Positions 33,499-44,033 of a stretch of DNA of 64,000 nucleotides are shown here, piece after piece. How positions within the stretch are numbered: the stretch's first letter is position 1; each line of letters begins with the position of its first letter. The notes beneath the pieces are model-generated. The model had not been told where the DNA came from. It did no database searches and worked only from the letters and a program-made list of their open reading frames with translations. This DNA comes from Thermodesulfobacteriota bacterium (GTDB taxonomy: Bacteria; Desulfobacterota_D; UBA1144; Nemesobacterales; UBA2774). The stretch covers positions 1,344,001-1,408,000 of the forward strand of contig OZ244991.1 of assembly GCA_965223335.1 (NCBI GenBank), read 5' to 3'. Position numbers and translations under genes: made by a program.

Positions 33499-34833
33499 TT
33501 ACATGAATCGCATCATTCTTTTTGCCATTTTACCCATTTTGCCCATATTCTTCATCATCTTTCTCATCTGCATGTAATTTTTAATCATCCGGTTTACGTC
33601 CTCTACCCTGGTGCCGCTTCCACTTGCTATGCGCTTTCGCCTGCTGCCGTTTAAAATGGTGTGATTGACTCTCTCTTTTTTGGTCATGGAGTTTATTATC
33701 GCAAGAGTCTTGTTGATCTCGGCCTCGGCTTGCTCCATAGCCTTGGGATTGTTTGCAACCTGTTTCATCCCTGGGATCATCTGTGCCATACTGTCGATGG
33801 AGCCCATTTTACGCATAGCCAACATTGCTTCATGAAAGTCGAGCAGTGAAAACTCTTTTTTCAAGAGCTTTTTAGCCATCTCCTCAGCTTTCTTGTCTTC
33901 GAAGGCTGTTTGTGCTTTTTCGATAAATGTAAGCACATCACCCATACCGAGGATACGTGATGCGATACGGTCGGGGTAAAAGACCTCAAGAGCGTCTAGC
34001 TTCTCGCCGGTACCGAAAAATTTAATCGGCTTCCCCGTGACAGCTTTAATAGAGAGCGCTGCACCGCCCCTGGCGTCGCCGTCCATCTTAGTGAGCACGA
34101 TACCGTCTATATCCAGAGCCTCGTTAAAACTGGTGGATACGTTTACGGCATCCTGCCCGGTCATGGCGTCAGCGACCAGCAGTATTTCGTTGGCGTCGGT
34201 CTCAGCTTTGATATGCCGGAGTTCGTCCATTAGTTCTTCGTCAATATGCAGCCGGCCGGCTGTGTCGAATATGATAGTGTCGTTTGCATTTTTCCGGGCG
34301 TTATCCAGAGCTTCTTTGCATATAGCTACGGGATCCATCCCAGGTTTAGTGTCGTGGACCGCCACACCAATCTGCTCACCAAGCACCTTGAGCTGGTCTA
34401 TAGCCGCGGGCCGGTAAACGTCTGCAGGTACCAGGTAGGGGCTTCGGTTAAGGCTATCTTTTAGATACAGTGCCAGTTTGGAGGCAGTAGTTGTTTTACC
34501 CGAGCCCTGCAGACCGACCAGCATGATCCCCACTGGCGGGGCTGCCTTTAGGTCGAGTTCTGAGCTCTCTCTGCCCAGTACATTTATTAGTTCGTCGTGG
34601 ACTATTTTGATGTACTGTTGCCCAGGGGTGAGGCTCTGCATTACCTCGCTGCCAAGGGCCCTGGTTTTTACGGACTCTATAAAGTCCCTGACTACGCGGA
34701 AATTAACGTCGGCCTCCAATAGGCTAAGACGGACCTCACGGGTTGCGTCTTCGATATTTTTCTCGCTGAGTTTCCCGTAACCCTTTACTTTTTGGAGTGT
34801 TGAATTGAGTTTTTCTGATATTCCTTCGAACAT
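33499..34833 (-). CDS. ffh: Signal recognition particle protein
   Basis: GLQGSGKTT, DTAGR, TKMDGDARGG and a Met-rich M domain. Confidence 0.98.
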   Translation of the reverse strand: MFEGISEKLNSTLQKVKGYGKLSEKNIEDATREVRLSLLEADVNFRVVRDFIESVKTRALGSEVMQSLTPGQQYIKIVHDELINVLGRESSELDLKAAPPVGIMLVGLQGSGKTTTASKLALYLKDSLNRSPYLVPADVYRPAAIDQLKVLGEQIGVAVHDTKPGMDPVAICKEALDNARKNANDTIIFDTAGRLHIDEELMDELRHIKAETDANEILLVADAMTGQDAVNVSTSFNEALDIDGIVLTKMDGDARGGAALSIKAVTGKPIKFFGTGEKLDALEVFYPDRIASRILGMGDVLTFIEKAQTAFEDKKAEEMAKKLLKKEFSLLDFHEAMLAMRKMGSIDSMAQMIPGMKQVANNPKAMEQAEAEINKTLAIINSMTKKERVNHTILNGSRRKRIASGSGTRVEDVNRMIKNYMQMRKMMKNMGKMGKMAKRMMRFM

Positions 34834-35209
34834 AATTTTTTCAAATGTAAGATGCTGATTAAATTGACTAAATGTTAATAACTAGCATATGTTACATGCA
34901 ATGTCAAATATTGTTTGTTTATTCTTATTAAGTATATCTATCAATTAATTGTGTGTTTACTGAATCAGTTTTTGCTTCCATTAATCATGATTGTTTAACA
35001 TAAGTGAATATTTGCAAATACTTGCTTATACTCAATATATCTAAAATGTGATAGTTAAGCTGTCCAGGGAGTGGGAAAATTACAGAAATGCAAGCGGTGA
35101 TGCAATATATAAAAATCCTATGACAGTAACCTGCCTGTGACATTTAACGAATTTGCTTAGATATTTAACCTCTTTATTATAAACAGGTAGTCATGGTCAC
35201 TCGGACTGC

Positions 35210-35881
35210 TTATCTGGATTCCGACCTTCTGACCGCTGCAAACTGCTTAGCAGCTTCGGGTAACACTTTGTTAATATTTTCGGGGGTCGGCTCTATTTGA
35301 TTAATCTCCACAATAGCTCTTGCCATGCCCCTAATGATGACTTGTCTGTCTTTGTTTTCGTCGTTAAATGCTTTGGTCTGCTCTGGTGAGAGCCCTGTTT
35401 TCTGTACAAGCAGTCCTTTGGGGCCCTCGGCTACTAACCCGCCAGACAGCATCTGATTGATAGTTGTTTGACGCTGGGACCTTCTTTTATAGGCATCTAT
35501 CACCTGGGGCATTTTCCTAATCTTGTTGGAAATCTGCCCTGCGATATTGCCCTGGGCCCATGCGTATTCACTGAAATCGAGTGTGACCTCTCGTTTAAGT
35601 ACTATGCGCTTTGTTTCTGAGGTAAGCACCGGTTCATCGGGGTATATTACCTTGCCCTGGGGCTCGGTTTTATTATCCTCGTTAGTAGTAGGTGTTGGAT
35701 CTGTGCTCTCCTCTGTTTCTTGGGGTTCAGTGAGGAATTCCTCTTCAAGACTGGTGTAGGCTTCCCTTACCTCCTCGGCCGGGAAGTACACATTGACTGT
35801 GATTGTTGCACATGCGGTTAGATAAAAACATATAACGGCCACACAAGTTTTTATTGAAAAATAGCGAGTATAGTTCATCAT
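35210..35881 (-). CDS. Lipoprotein with YnbE-like N-terminus and DUF1318/YdbL-like C-terminus
   Basis: Lipobox LTAC then ATITVNVYFPAEEV; C-terminal GLVAEGPKGLL...ENKDRQVI. Confidence 0.72.
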   Translation of the reverse strand: MMNYTRYFSIKTCVAVICFYLTACATITVNVYFPAEEVREAYTSLEEEFLTEPQETEESTDPTPTTNEDNKTEPQGKVIYPDEPVLTSETKRIVLKREVTLDFSEYAWAQGNIAGQISNKIRKMPQVIDAYKRRSQRQTTINQMLSGGLVAEGPKGLLVQKTGLSPEQTKAFNDENKDRQVIIRGMARAIVEINQIEPTPENINKVLPEAAKQFAAVRRSESR

Positions 35882-35890
35882 CCACCTCTT

Positions 35891-38800
35891 TTAGTTAGTC
35901 TCAATTGTAGGTCCCCCGGCTTGCGATCTTCTAGCGATCTCTCTAATGACTGAGAGAAAATGTGCTATGGATATCGAATTCAGTCTGGAGTCAACCCGTA
36001 TTTGCAGGTCCTTTATTCCTAAAAAGGAATTTGAAATATCTATTACTTTAAATGTTATCACACCGTTTTTAATATAGCCAGAAATCTTTCCCGTATCGTA
36101 GTTGCGTGTAGAACCCAGGAACATTCGTTCTCTGGCCCCGAGCTTTTCAAGCAGTGCTTTCCCTATTTTGTTGGGTTCTTTCTTGGATTTTATAGACCAG
36201 AATTTAAATGGGCCGTCTACAGACGACAGATCACTGCCCTTGCCCGATAGCCAGAAAAGCCCGTTAACTCGGCCGGTAATATAGCCCTGCATTGAGGGCA
36301 GGCGTTGGGATATTGCTTCCAGGCTCACTTTGTTGAGAAGGAACGTTAAGTTGTAATCACTCGGGCTTTTGCCAATCTGATAATTGCCCCTAAGAAACAT
36401 CTGGCCCCTAAAGAGCTTTGATCGCGCCTGTTTTATATTGAGGGTGTCGTGATCGAGTTCAAGCTCACATTCGAGGTTCTCAAACTTTAGAAAACCATAC
36501 TCGAGCTGCTCAATCGACAATGTGTCGGCATCGCTTGTGGTACGGTGGCTCTTCATTGTGTCCAGGTACTCTCTGTAAATCTTTTTGTTGAGATTTAGAT
36601 TAGTGCCCAATAGCGAGCCGAGAACTTTATCGGGTTCGTAGTTATCTCTTAGTGTAAGCTCGCCGTTCATCCCTTTAATTCTGAGATTGGTGTCAGCCAG
36701 TTTGCCTCCGAAGCTCCCGTTCCTAATTACCAAGCTGCCCCCACTTATTTTTCGAGTACCGAAGGGGTCATTTACGTAGAGGTCAATGTCGAGTGTTCCG
36801 CTCAGTTTAGATTGCGTGATTGTATTTGGCAATAGCGGTCCCAGAGTGTTCACGGCTGCATCTATAGGTATATTGCTGCTATTAAATTCGGCTTTTTTGT
36901 TGTCGGTTAATAGATCCATCAAATTGCCCTTAAATTTAATGAGGGAATTACCCTCACCTCTTATTAACCCGCTATCTATTGTAATTGTTTCATTTTTCGA
37001 GCTCCCGGAGATGGTTGCGCTTATGGTTTTGGACGCCGATTCACCGGTTAATTTTATGTTACTCATATTGAGGCTGTAATTCCCCTGCGGCAGCTCACCG
37101 TAGGGAACCGTGCCTTTGAAATTAAATCGAGTGTTTCCTGCATCGATCTTTGGATTAACGGCCACGTTGCTTAGAGTGATATATGTATCTAGTCCCGGGG
37201 GTGATTGGTCCGTGGCTAGGTCTGCATTGCCAGCGAGTTTTCCCTGGAGCACTTTGCCGCTTAGGTCCTCGATGGATATGCCCCCTGGTGTGGGTTTGAT
37301 CCGGGCTTTTATGTCGGTTATTGGCACCGAGGCTATTGTAGCATTTTTAGAGGTTATGCTGCCGTTCCAAGAGGATTTTCTTGTGTCGGCAGTGAAGAGT
37401 TTGAACTCTCCTCCTATCTCTTTTAGTACAACTTTGTCGTCCATCGCCGTGAATGTACCGCTGTCAAACCTGATATCATAAGGGGTGCCGCTTGATTTAG
37501 AGCCGTATTTTATGGACATATCGTCTGAGGTGAATTTCCCGAATGTACCTATATCGGCTCTGAGTTCGCTCAGTTCTAATAGCTCGTCCTTGTACTTGTA
37601 CTTTCCATAAACATTGGGAAATGTGATCGACCTATATCTGCCGTCCTCACCGGTGACTTCACCAAAAAAACCGTCTTTGCCGCTCTGGTCTATGTTTAGT
37701 CTCTCGTTGAACCTGCTCAGAAATACTCCCTTTTCCGGGTCCGAGAATCCCTCTCCCACAGACGACATGACGAGCCTCCACTTTTTATCTCTATCCAGCA
37801 CATAGTTTAAGCTCTTTATGGTGCCCTTAGTGATACTCATGCCACTGAACCTGAGCGTTTCGTAATTTAGGTTCTCGCCCCCAATGGTAATAAATTTGGT
37901 TTCTGCCTGTTTGTCACCGTCCAGGGTCTCGGAGTGTTTGATTACATAGGTTAGATCGACGGGCTCGTCAGTGTACGCGTTTGTAATCTCTACGGAGTTT
38001 CCCCGTTTCATCTTGTGCCTAAAATCGTGTGCGATGAAGTTCACCTTAGACGTAAATTTGTGGTTATCCCCGCTAAAGCGCATCTTGATCGTATCCAGAA
38101 TACCGCTTATATCGATTGGTACGAGTTTTTCCCGGGCTTTATCAAGGCTAATATTTTTGCCGGTGACGCTGCCATTGTATGTCAGCGTTTCCTTGTTTGA
38201 TGAGAATGTAATATTACCGCCCGCAGTGCCACCGAACAGTGATGAGTTGAAACGGTTGAGATCTATTGTGATTTGAGAGAAGTCCTTTGATGCACTTAGA
38301 TTGATATCGGTCGTTATATCTCGGATCAATAAGTTCTTAATATCGAGATCGGATGCGCTGCACTTTCCCCGAGACAGTGTGGAGTCTTTTTGCTCGCTAT
38401 ATATGTTTTTCTCAATCCCCAGGTCACAGTCGAGATTACTTAGTTGGTAGTTACTGTTGTTGTTACTGATGCTGAAATCCCGGAGTATCGAACTGCCCTT
38501 TAGCACAATATTTTTGTTTTTCTCAGACCCGTTAACTGTTAGGTCGTCCAGTTGCAGACTGCCGGTGAGTTCAAGGTCAGAGTTATCAGATATGAGGTTT
38601 TTGATGTTGGATAGGTCGGATGTAGAGGCTTTTCCGGCCAGGTTGAGTTCCCTGCTGTCTCTGAGCTTGTCTACGTAACCGCTGAATTCCAGGTCGGCTA
38701 TGTCCACGAGATTAAAAACAAGTTGATCGATGTCGAGTCTGTCAGAGAGGTGGTCGTAAATTATATTGTAGTCGAGCGTGACCAATTCAGCTCGGCTGCC

Positions 38801-39595
38801 CTCTTTCTGCTCGCTGTTAGTGCTGAGGCCGATACGGCCTTGGGAGCTAAATTTATCGGTATACTCAAACCCTATCTCGGATCCCAGAACCACCCGGGCA
38901 CGAGGGGCAGTGTTTGGGAGGGGTATGTTTACGGTTAGTTCTTCCGATTCGACTGTGAATGTACCGTTAGTGTTGCCTTGTTGGGTTTGGATCTCGCCGT
39001 CTATCGCAAACCCAGTATTGCTTATATCCCAATCGCTTGCTATGCGGATCCGGATGGCACCTAGCGTTTTATCCTGCGAAAGCTCGATATCCAAGAGCGG
39101 TACTTTGATTGATTCGTTCTCGTTTATCTTAATCGTGCTCTGATTTAGTTGCACATGTTTTACAAGGACTGAGTGATCTTTAGTGCTATCGCTCTCTTGG
39201 GCTTTTATGTATGAGAAGAAATCGAGCAGGTCTTGTTTGGAAGCTGATATCTCGGAGCTCTCGATGATTATATCGTCAAGAATAACTTTTTGTGTGAACA
39301 ATGATCCAAGTATAAAGAGATCTACGTTCGCACCGTTTAATTTTATGAGTGTGCGTTGGGGGTCTGATTTTGAGCCGACCCTTACCTCGCTGCCCTTAAG
39401 TCTTAGGAGAGGGTCTACATTGATGCCATCCACATCTACTGTGTAATGTGGATTGTTGTTGAGTTTGGATACAACTTCGCCGACTCTTTTAGGTAGTGTG
39501 AGGTTAAGTATGATTACAAGCGCTATGTAACAGATAAGGAGCAGTGAGAACAGAGCCAGAACTATCTTTCCACTCCTTTTTTCGAAGAAGGACAT
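35891..39595 (-). CDS. AsmA-like (YdbH-type) intermembrane bridge protein
   Basis: 1234 aa, one N-terminal TM, then repeating amphipathic beta strands; 9 nt upstream of the YdbL-like gene. Confidence 0.72.
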   Translation of the reverse strand: MSFFEKRSGKIVLALFSLLLICYIALVIILNLTLPKRVGEVVSKLNNNPHYTVDVDGINVDPLLRLKGSEVRVGSKSDPQRTLIKLNGANVDLFILGSLFTQKVILDDIIIESSEISASKQDLLDFFSYIKAQESDSTKDHSVLVKHVQLNQSTIKINENESIKVPLLDIELSQDKTLGAIRIRIASDWDISNTGFAIDGEIQTQQGNTNGTFTVESEELTVNIPLPNTAPRARVVLGSEIGFEYTDKFSSQGRIGLSTNSEQKEGSRAELVTLDYNIIYDHLSDRLDIDQLVFNLVDIADLEFSGYVDKLRDSRELNLAGKASTSDLSNIKNLISDNSDLELTGSLQLDDLTVNGSEKNKNIVLKGSSILRDFSISNNNSNYQLSNLDCDLGIEKNIYSEQKDSTLSRGKCSASDLDIKNLLIRDITTDINLSASKDFSQITIDLNRFNSSLFGGTAGGNITFSSNKETLTYNGSVTGKNISLDKAREKLVPIDISGILDTIKMRFSGDNHKFTSKVNFIAHDFRHKMKRGNSVEITNAYTDEPVDLTYVIKHSETLDGDKQAETKFITIGGENLNYETLRFSGMSITKGTIKSLNYVLDRDKKWRLVMSSVGEGFSDPEKGVFLSRFNERLNIDQSGKDGFFGEVTGEDGRYRSITFPNVYGKYKYKDELLELSELRADIGTFGKFTSDDMSIKYGSKSSGTPYDIRFDSGTFTAMDDKVVLKEIGGEFKLFTADTRKSSWNGSITSKNATIASVPITDIKARIKPTPGGISIEDLSGKVLQGKLAGNADLATDQSPPGLDTYITLSNVAVNPKIDAGNTRFNFKGTVPYGELPQGNYSLNMSNIKLTGESASKTISATISGSSKNETITIDSGLIRGEGNSLIKFKGNLMDLLTDNKKAEFNSSNIPIDAAVNTLGPLLPNTITQSKLSGTLDIDLYVNDPFGTRKISGGSLVIRNGSFGGKLADTNLRIKGMNGELTLRDNYEPDKVLGSLLGTNLNLNKKIYREYLDTMKSHRTTSDADTLSIEQLEYGFLKFENLECELELDHDTLNIKQARSKLFRGQMFLRGNYQIGKSPSDYNLTFLLNKVSLEAISQRLPSMQGYITGRVNGLFWLSGKGSDLSSVDGPFKFWSIKSKKEPNKIGKALLEKLGARERMFLGSTRNYDTGKISGYIKNGVITFKVIDISNSFLGIKDLQIRVDSRLNSISIAHFLSVIREIARRSQAGGPTIETN

Positions 39596-39682
39596 ACAGT
39601 TGATATTATATGGGATTGTTTATCTTTTAAAAGTTAAATGATGAAAATAGAGGTTGTTTTGTGTTTTAAAACTAGGGGTTAT

Positions 39683-40108
39683 TTAGATCTCGGCAACTTT
39701 CTTTGCCTTGATTACGTTTCTAAATGTAAAAATTGAGTATTTCTTCTTCTTTTTAAACTTGCCTGTGACCCTGACCATATCGCCTTTGGTAATCTGGAGG
39801 TGTTCACCCTTGTAATAGACCCCGACGGTGTTTTTATTGGCGTCTCTGATCTTGAATATAGTGTAGGGCCTGCCTTTACTGGATGTTGTGTATTTGACCT
39901 TGCGTACCTGACCTTCTAGGGAGACCTGTTTGTTATTATAAAACCCGGGATCGGTGACTACGTCTTTAATATCGACATCAACTACCTCGGGTACTGCCGG
40001 TGTCGGTGCCGACTCCGCAGGAGTAGTAGTATTCTCCTCCTGGGATAGCGCCAGGCCAGAGATTCCCATAGAGATTATGACGAATAGAATTGTTATGTTT
40101 TTGAACAT
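39683..40108 (-). CDS. Exported OB-fold-like protein
   Basis: Signal peptide; DPGFYNNKQVSLEGQV and KGDMVRVTGKF pattern. Confidence 0.7.
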   Translation of the reverse strand: MFKNITILFVIISMGISGLALSQEENTTTPAESAPTPAVPEVVDVDIKDVVTDPGFYNNKQVSLEGQVRKVKYTTSSKGRPYTIFKIRDANKNTVGVYYKGEHLQITKGDMVRVTGKFKKKKKYSIFTFRNVIKAKKVAEI

Positions 40109-40262
40109 GTATATAGTTTACCTTCAAAACCGGATTTCTGAATATATGAATATATTGTGCTCTATCCCCGATAGTTATTCCTAAATCTACAATGTTATAA
40201 TTGCTTCTATTGTATAGCAATGCAATAACACACACGCTAAAAGTGAAATAGGCGGATAATCC

Positions 40263-41057
40263 ATGTACAAGGGCATAGATAAACTCATAAGAGCCGATAT
40301 TGTTGGTAAAAACCTGGAATTTTATGATGAGGTAGGCTCAACAAACGACCAGATGTATGAACTGGTAGCCGAGGGGGCGGTTGAAGGTACTGTGATAGTG
40401 GCTGAATCTCAGACACACGGGAGGGGCAGGCTTGACAGGGTGTGGGTCTCGCCAAGGGGGGTGAATATATATATGTCTGTGTTGTTGAGGCCAGAGATAC
40501 CGGCCGGCAGTGCCCAGGTGATGACCCTTATTGCATCCATTGCACTTCATGATGTTATTGCGAGGTATGTCGAAGACGGTGTTTTTATAAAGTGGCCCAA
40601 CGATCTGGTGATCAATAACCGCAAGACCGCAGGTGTTTTAACAGAGATGCACGCCGATGGGGATAAAGTGGATTTTGTGGTGCTAGGGATCGGGATTAAT
40701 GTGAACATGGAGCGCCGTGAGATCACTGCGTTGAATGATACCGATAAAAAGGCCAATGCTACTTCACTTATGGTTGAAACCGGGAATGAACAAGACCGGA
40801 AACTTATAGTAGCGGAGCTCATTAACTCTCTTGACCATTGGTATTTACAGATGGATAAGGGGGGAGGAGCCCTCATAAGAAGCGAGTGGATAAAGAGATG
40901 GGGGGCGCATAACAAGAAGGTAAGAGTCAGCAAAGATCAACACGGCTATAGTTACGAGGGTGTGGCTAAGGATATAGAAGAAACGGGCTTATTGATAATT
41001 GAAACTACGGGTGGGTATATAAGGAAAGTGATAACTGGTGATGTTTCTATTATATAG
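40263..41057 (+). CDS. birA: Biotin--[acetyl-CoA carboxylase] ligase (no N-terminal HTH)
   Basis: STN, QTHGRGR, IKWPNDL, KTAGVL and GIGINV. Confidence 0.95.
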   Translation: MYKGIDKLIRADIVGKNLEFYDEVGSTNDQMYELVAEGAVEGTVIVAESQTHGRGRLDRVWVSPRGVNIYMSVLLRPEIPAGSAQVMTLIASIALHDVIARYVEDGVFIKWPNDLVINNRKTAGVLTEMHADGDKVDFVVLGIGINVNMERREITALNDTDKKANATSLMVETGNEQDRKLIVAELINSLDHWYLQMDKGGGALIRSEWIKRWGAHNKKVRVSKDQHGYSYEGVAKDIEETGLLIIETTGGYIRKVITGDVSII

Positions 41058-41393
41058 TTAGTGGGCGGTCTGCGATAGTACCGAGATCTCTTCACGTATC
41101 TTATGCATTAACTTAGTCCATTCCCGTACGAGTGTGATATCGTTGTCGGCAATGGCTTTCTTTATCTCTATCCCGTTACTTTTTAGTTCCACAGTGCAGT
41201 ACGAGTACCTTTTCTTGATAATGATAGCAAAACGGTACAGCGTGTTTATAACTTCGGGCTCTTTGCTCTCGAACCTGGATACTAAAACCACCTCTTGATC
41301 AAAGCCCTCGAATATCACATTCCAAAGACTTGAGCCCGATTCGAGCACGAATCTAAGTCCTATATTATGTGGAGTAGGTTCTTTGTCTATCAT
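41058..41393 (-). CDS. Hypothetical protein
   Basis: 111-aa ORF filling the gap; TATAAT 10 nt before the ATG. Confidence 0.6.
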   Translation of the reverse strand: MIDKEPTPHNIGLRFVLESGSSLWNVIFEGFDQEVVLVSRFESKEPEVINTLYRFAIIIKKRYSYCTVELKSNGIEIKKAIADNDITLVREWTKLMHKIREEISVLSQTAH

Positions 41394-41416
41394 CTAGAGC
41401 GTAATTATACAATAAG

Positions 41417-41441
41417 CGGCGGACTAAATACTAGTCCGCCG
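41417..41441 (-). terminator. Hairpin downstream of the TPR gene
   Basis: Perfect 10-bp stem CGGCGGACTA / TAGTCCGCCG; weak U tract on the minus strand. Confidence 0.55.
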
Positions 41442-41485
41442 AAATGAGTTTGGTGCCCGTAATCTACCGCTATTATTTCTATGAG

Positions 41486-42526
41486 TTACCTGGTTCCCCC
41501 GCCCAGTTGTGCAATTCTTTGTTTTGCCGTTTTGGCATAACCTGAGTACATGTTCTGCCCAACGACAAGGTCTAGGAACTGGCGATAGTACCGTATGGCT
41601 TGTGTGGGTTGGTTGGATTTATCATAACCCTGGGCCAGGAAGAAATAGGCGTCGGGGTAGTTGGGGTTAAGTGCTATTGCTTTTTCTTGTGTAGCAATTG
41701 CGTCCTTCATTTTCTTTTGATAATACTGGGTGATACCTAGGTTCATGTGTGCCGGTGCATAGTTTGGGTTGAGTTCGATAGCCCTGCGGTACTCTGCAGC
41801 AGCCTGGTTGTAATAGCCCTGGGTCCTAAGTGCTGTGCCCAGGTAGTTGTGTAGCTCGGGGGAATCGGCAATCTCAACGGCTTTTCTGTAGTGTTCTGCG
41901 GCCCTGGCATAGTTGCGGGATTTAAAGAAATAGGAGGTGCCGAGGTCGATATGTGCCGGGACAAAGTTAGGATTGAGCTTTAGCACCTTGGCTATATCTG
42001 CTGTGCCGGGTCTGGCACCGTTGGCTGCCCACATTATATATATGCTTTCATAGTCGTTGGGATCTTTGGACAGTACTTTCTGTGCCGTAGCAATCGCATC
42101 TTTTTCGCGGCTTAGATGCAGATAATTGTATGCAAGTGCACGCTGGGCCTCGATGGAGTTTGGGGCCAGTTGGAGTGCTTTTAAAATGTTCTTGTAGGCA
42201 TCTATGAAATACTGTTCATACTCGAGCTTTACCTCAGACCTGTAGTAACCCATGATCGAGTAGATCTCTCCGAGTCCTGCATAGGCAGGGGCATAGTTCG
42301 GGTCCAACTGGATTGCTTTATTGTAGTACTTGATGGCGTTCTGGAATGACTGGGGTGTGAATTTGGCAAATGATTTACGGCCTTGTTCATAGTTGCCTGC
42401 GGCCGTGTTTGCCGTTACTTTGGATTTTGATTCTTTATTTTCTTTGGCCGATATGTTGTTGGTCTGCATGCAAGCCGTGGTAACGACCAAGGTGATTAGA
42501 AGAATAGATAGTGTTTTTAGTTTCAT
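41486..42526 (-). CDS. TPR-repeat lipoprotein
   Basis: Lipobox-like TTAC; repeated AIxLxPNYAPAYxxLG units. Confidence 0.92.
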   Translation of the reverse strand: MKLKTLSILLITLVVTTACMQTNNISAKENKESKSKVTANTAAGNYEQGRKSFAKFTPQSFQNAIKYYNKAIQLDPNYAPAYAGLGEIYSIMGYYRSEVKLEYEQYFIDAYKNILKALQLAPNSIEAQRALAYNYLHLSREKDAIATAQKVLSKDPNDYESIYIMWAANGARPGTADIAKVLKLNPNFVPAHIDLGTSYFFKSRNYARAAEHYRKAVEIADSPELHNYLGTALRTQGYYNQAAAEYRRAIELNPNYAPAHMNLGITQYYQKKMKDAIATQEKAIALNPNYPDAYFFLAQGYDKSNQPTQAIRYYRQFLDLVVGQNMYSGYAKTAKQRIAQLGGGTR

Positions 42527-42573
42527 TATGACCTCCCCATTGTTTGGGTTTATTCTACATGAAAAGTTTAGTT

Positions 42574-43113
42574 TTAATAACTCTCCATAATAAATTTTAC
42601 TATTTCACTCGCAAGGCTCTCATAAATATCCTTGGCCATAAAGCCCAAGGAGCTAAAACCGTTTACCTCGCCGGTAGAGACCTCGTTGCCTGTGGCTTTT
42701 TCGAGTAACGCGAGTTTTATAGTGACCGAAACCTCGCCGAATTTGAGCCCCCCTCCCTCAAAGCTTATGTCTGAGCTCGGTCTGTACTCGCTTACCTCGC
42801 CTAATAAAACTAAGGTGTCGGTCGCAGGGATGTTCTCGATCTTGCCGTGTGTTACCTCTTTAAACTTGTTCTTTGACGATACCAGTACTGCCACTTTTGT
42901 GGGTATCTCTGTGAGCCCTTCTTTTGGGAAGTCCTCTATCTCAGTGACGAGGTCTTCTATCTCTAGACCCTCGAAGTTCTGGAGTCTTTGTTTGGGTGGG
43001 ACGAAATAAGATGTTGTCTTAATGCCCCCGCAACTCGATAGTATTATAAGTGAGATTGATACAAGGGCTAAGCGTATCGGCAGAGCCCGATAGATCTTTA
43101 TCATATGGTCCAA
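42574..43113 (-). CDS. Putative lipoprotein (DUF4410-like)
   Basis: Lipobox LSSC; TLVLLGEVSEY...VTIKLALLEKATG pattern; TTG start after AGGAGG. Confidence 0.65.
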   Translation of the reverse strand: MDHMIKIYRALPIRLALVSISLIILSSCGGIKTTSYFVPPKQRLQNFEGLEIEDLVTEIEDFPKEGLTEIPTKVAVLVSSKNKFKEVTHGKIENIPATDTLVLLGEVSEYRPSSDISFEGGGLKFGEVSVTIKLALLEKATGNEVSTGEVNGFSSLGFMAKDIYESLASEIVKFIMESY

Positions 43114-43209
43114 GCCTCCTGTGACTGCGGTGTAAATAAAATAGCATACTTAATCCTGAGTATAAATATATACCGAATAATTATCGTGTAAGAAGCGGAC
43201 AATCTAGGG

Positions 43210-43228
43210 TGTGACAAAAATTGTCACA
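43210..43228. promoter_or_regulatory. Palindromic candidate enhancer site for a sigma54 activator (PilR-like)
   Basis: TGTGACAA-AAA-TTGTCACA, about 130 bp upstream of the -24 box. Confidence 0.6.
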
Positions 43229-43355
43229 TCTGCTATCCAAATTGCACAAAATGTCGTAAGAATTATATTGGAAATGGGTGATTTTATCTTTTTAGTATAC
43301 ATATGAGACAAAGATTTATTAGGAATTACAGGTAGTTAGATAATATGTATGACTT

Positions 43356-43371
43356 TGGCACGTGCATTGCA
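43356..43371 (+). promoter_or_regulatory. Sigma54 (-24/-12) promoter of the pilin gene
   Basis: TGGCACGTGCATTGCA matches TGGCACG-N4-TTGCW exactly (GG-N10-GC). Confidence 0.88.
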
Positions 43372-43418
43372 TTATAGAATTGCAAAATTCAAAATTATTG
43401 TTTAAGGAGGTAGTAGAC

Positions 43419-44000
43419 ATGTTGAGTTTAAAGAAAGTAAAGAAGGGCGAAAAGGGTTTTACCCTAATCGAACTCTTGGTTGTGGCAGCGATTATCGGTA
43501 TTCTGCTTGCCATAGCAATCCCTAACCTTATTAAGGCGAGGATGTCGGCAAACGAAGCTAATGCTAGGAAAACCATGCAGACCTTAAGGGACGCAGAAGG
43601 CGAGTATTTTGAGCAGGACCTAGACAACAACGGGACCAGGGATTTTACTGATACAATAGGTGCTTTAGGTACAGCGAATACACTTCGTGATCCTGCAGGA
43701 ACAAGTCTCGATGAAGACGCTCTAGTAGACAGCAGCTTTGAGGGCGCTGATCAGGCTGGAGGTTGCTTAGATCCGAAAGCTGGTTACTGTTTCCAATTTG
43801 ATGCTACTAATGTAACAGCAAATGCTGCTGGGCTGTTCGATGATTTCGGATGGCAGAACAGTATGACCAGTTACAATAAGACTGGTAGAAGAGACTACTC
43901 TGTTTACGCTGATGGTGCCATCAGGTGTATCTTGAGTACGCAAGCTGTGGGTGCAGTCGGTACTTTTGAGGCTGATCGTACATCACCTGGTTGTGATTAA
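43419..44000 (+). CDS. pilA: Type IV pilin (probable major pilin)
   Basis: Class III signal KKGEKG|FTLIELLVVAAIIGILLAIAIP; strong RBS AAGGAGG; own sigma54 promoter and terminator. Confidence 0.88.
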   Translation: MLSLKKVKKGEKGFTLIELLVVAAIIGILLAIAIPNLIKARMSANEANARKTMQTLRDAEGEYFEQDLDNNGTRDFTDTIGALGTANTLRDPAGTSLDEDALVDSSFEGADQAGGCLDPKAGYCFQFDATNVTANAAGLFDDFGWQNSMTSYNKTGRRDYSVYADGAIRCILSTQAVGAVGTFEADRTSPGCD

Positions 44001-44033
44001 TTACAACAAGAAAATAAGTATCATTTAAAAGCG

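Noticed and set aside
34834..35209. SRP RNA or another ncRNA next to ffh
   Set aside because: AT-rich with no SRP helix-8 (GGAA loop / AGCAG) motif; only a weak, interrupted inverted repeat near 35121-35194
43419..44000. Geobacter-type short conductive e-pilin
   Set aside because: The mature pilin is about 180 aa with a full globular domain in one gene, and its N-terminal helix is poor in aromatic residues
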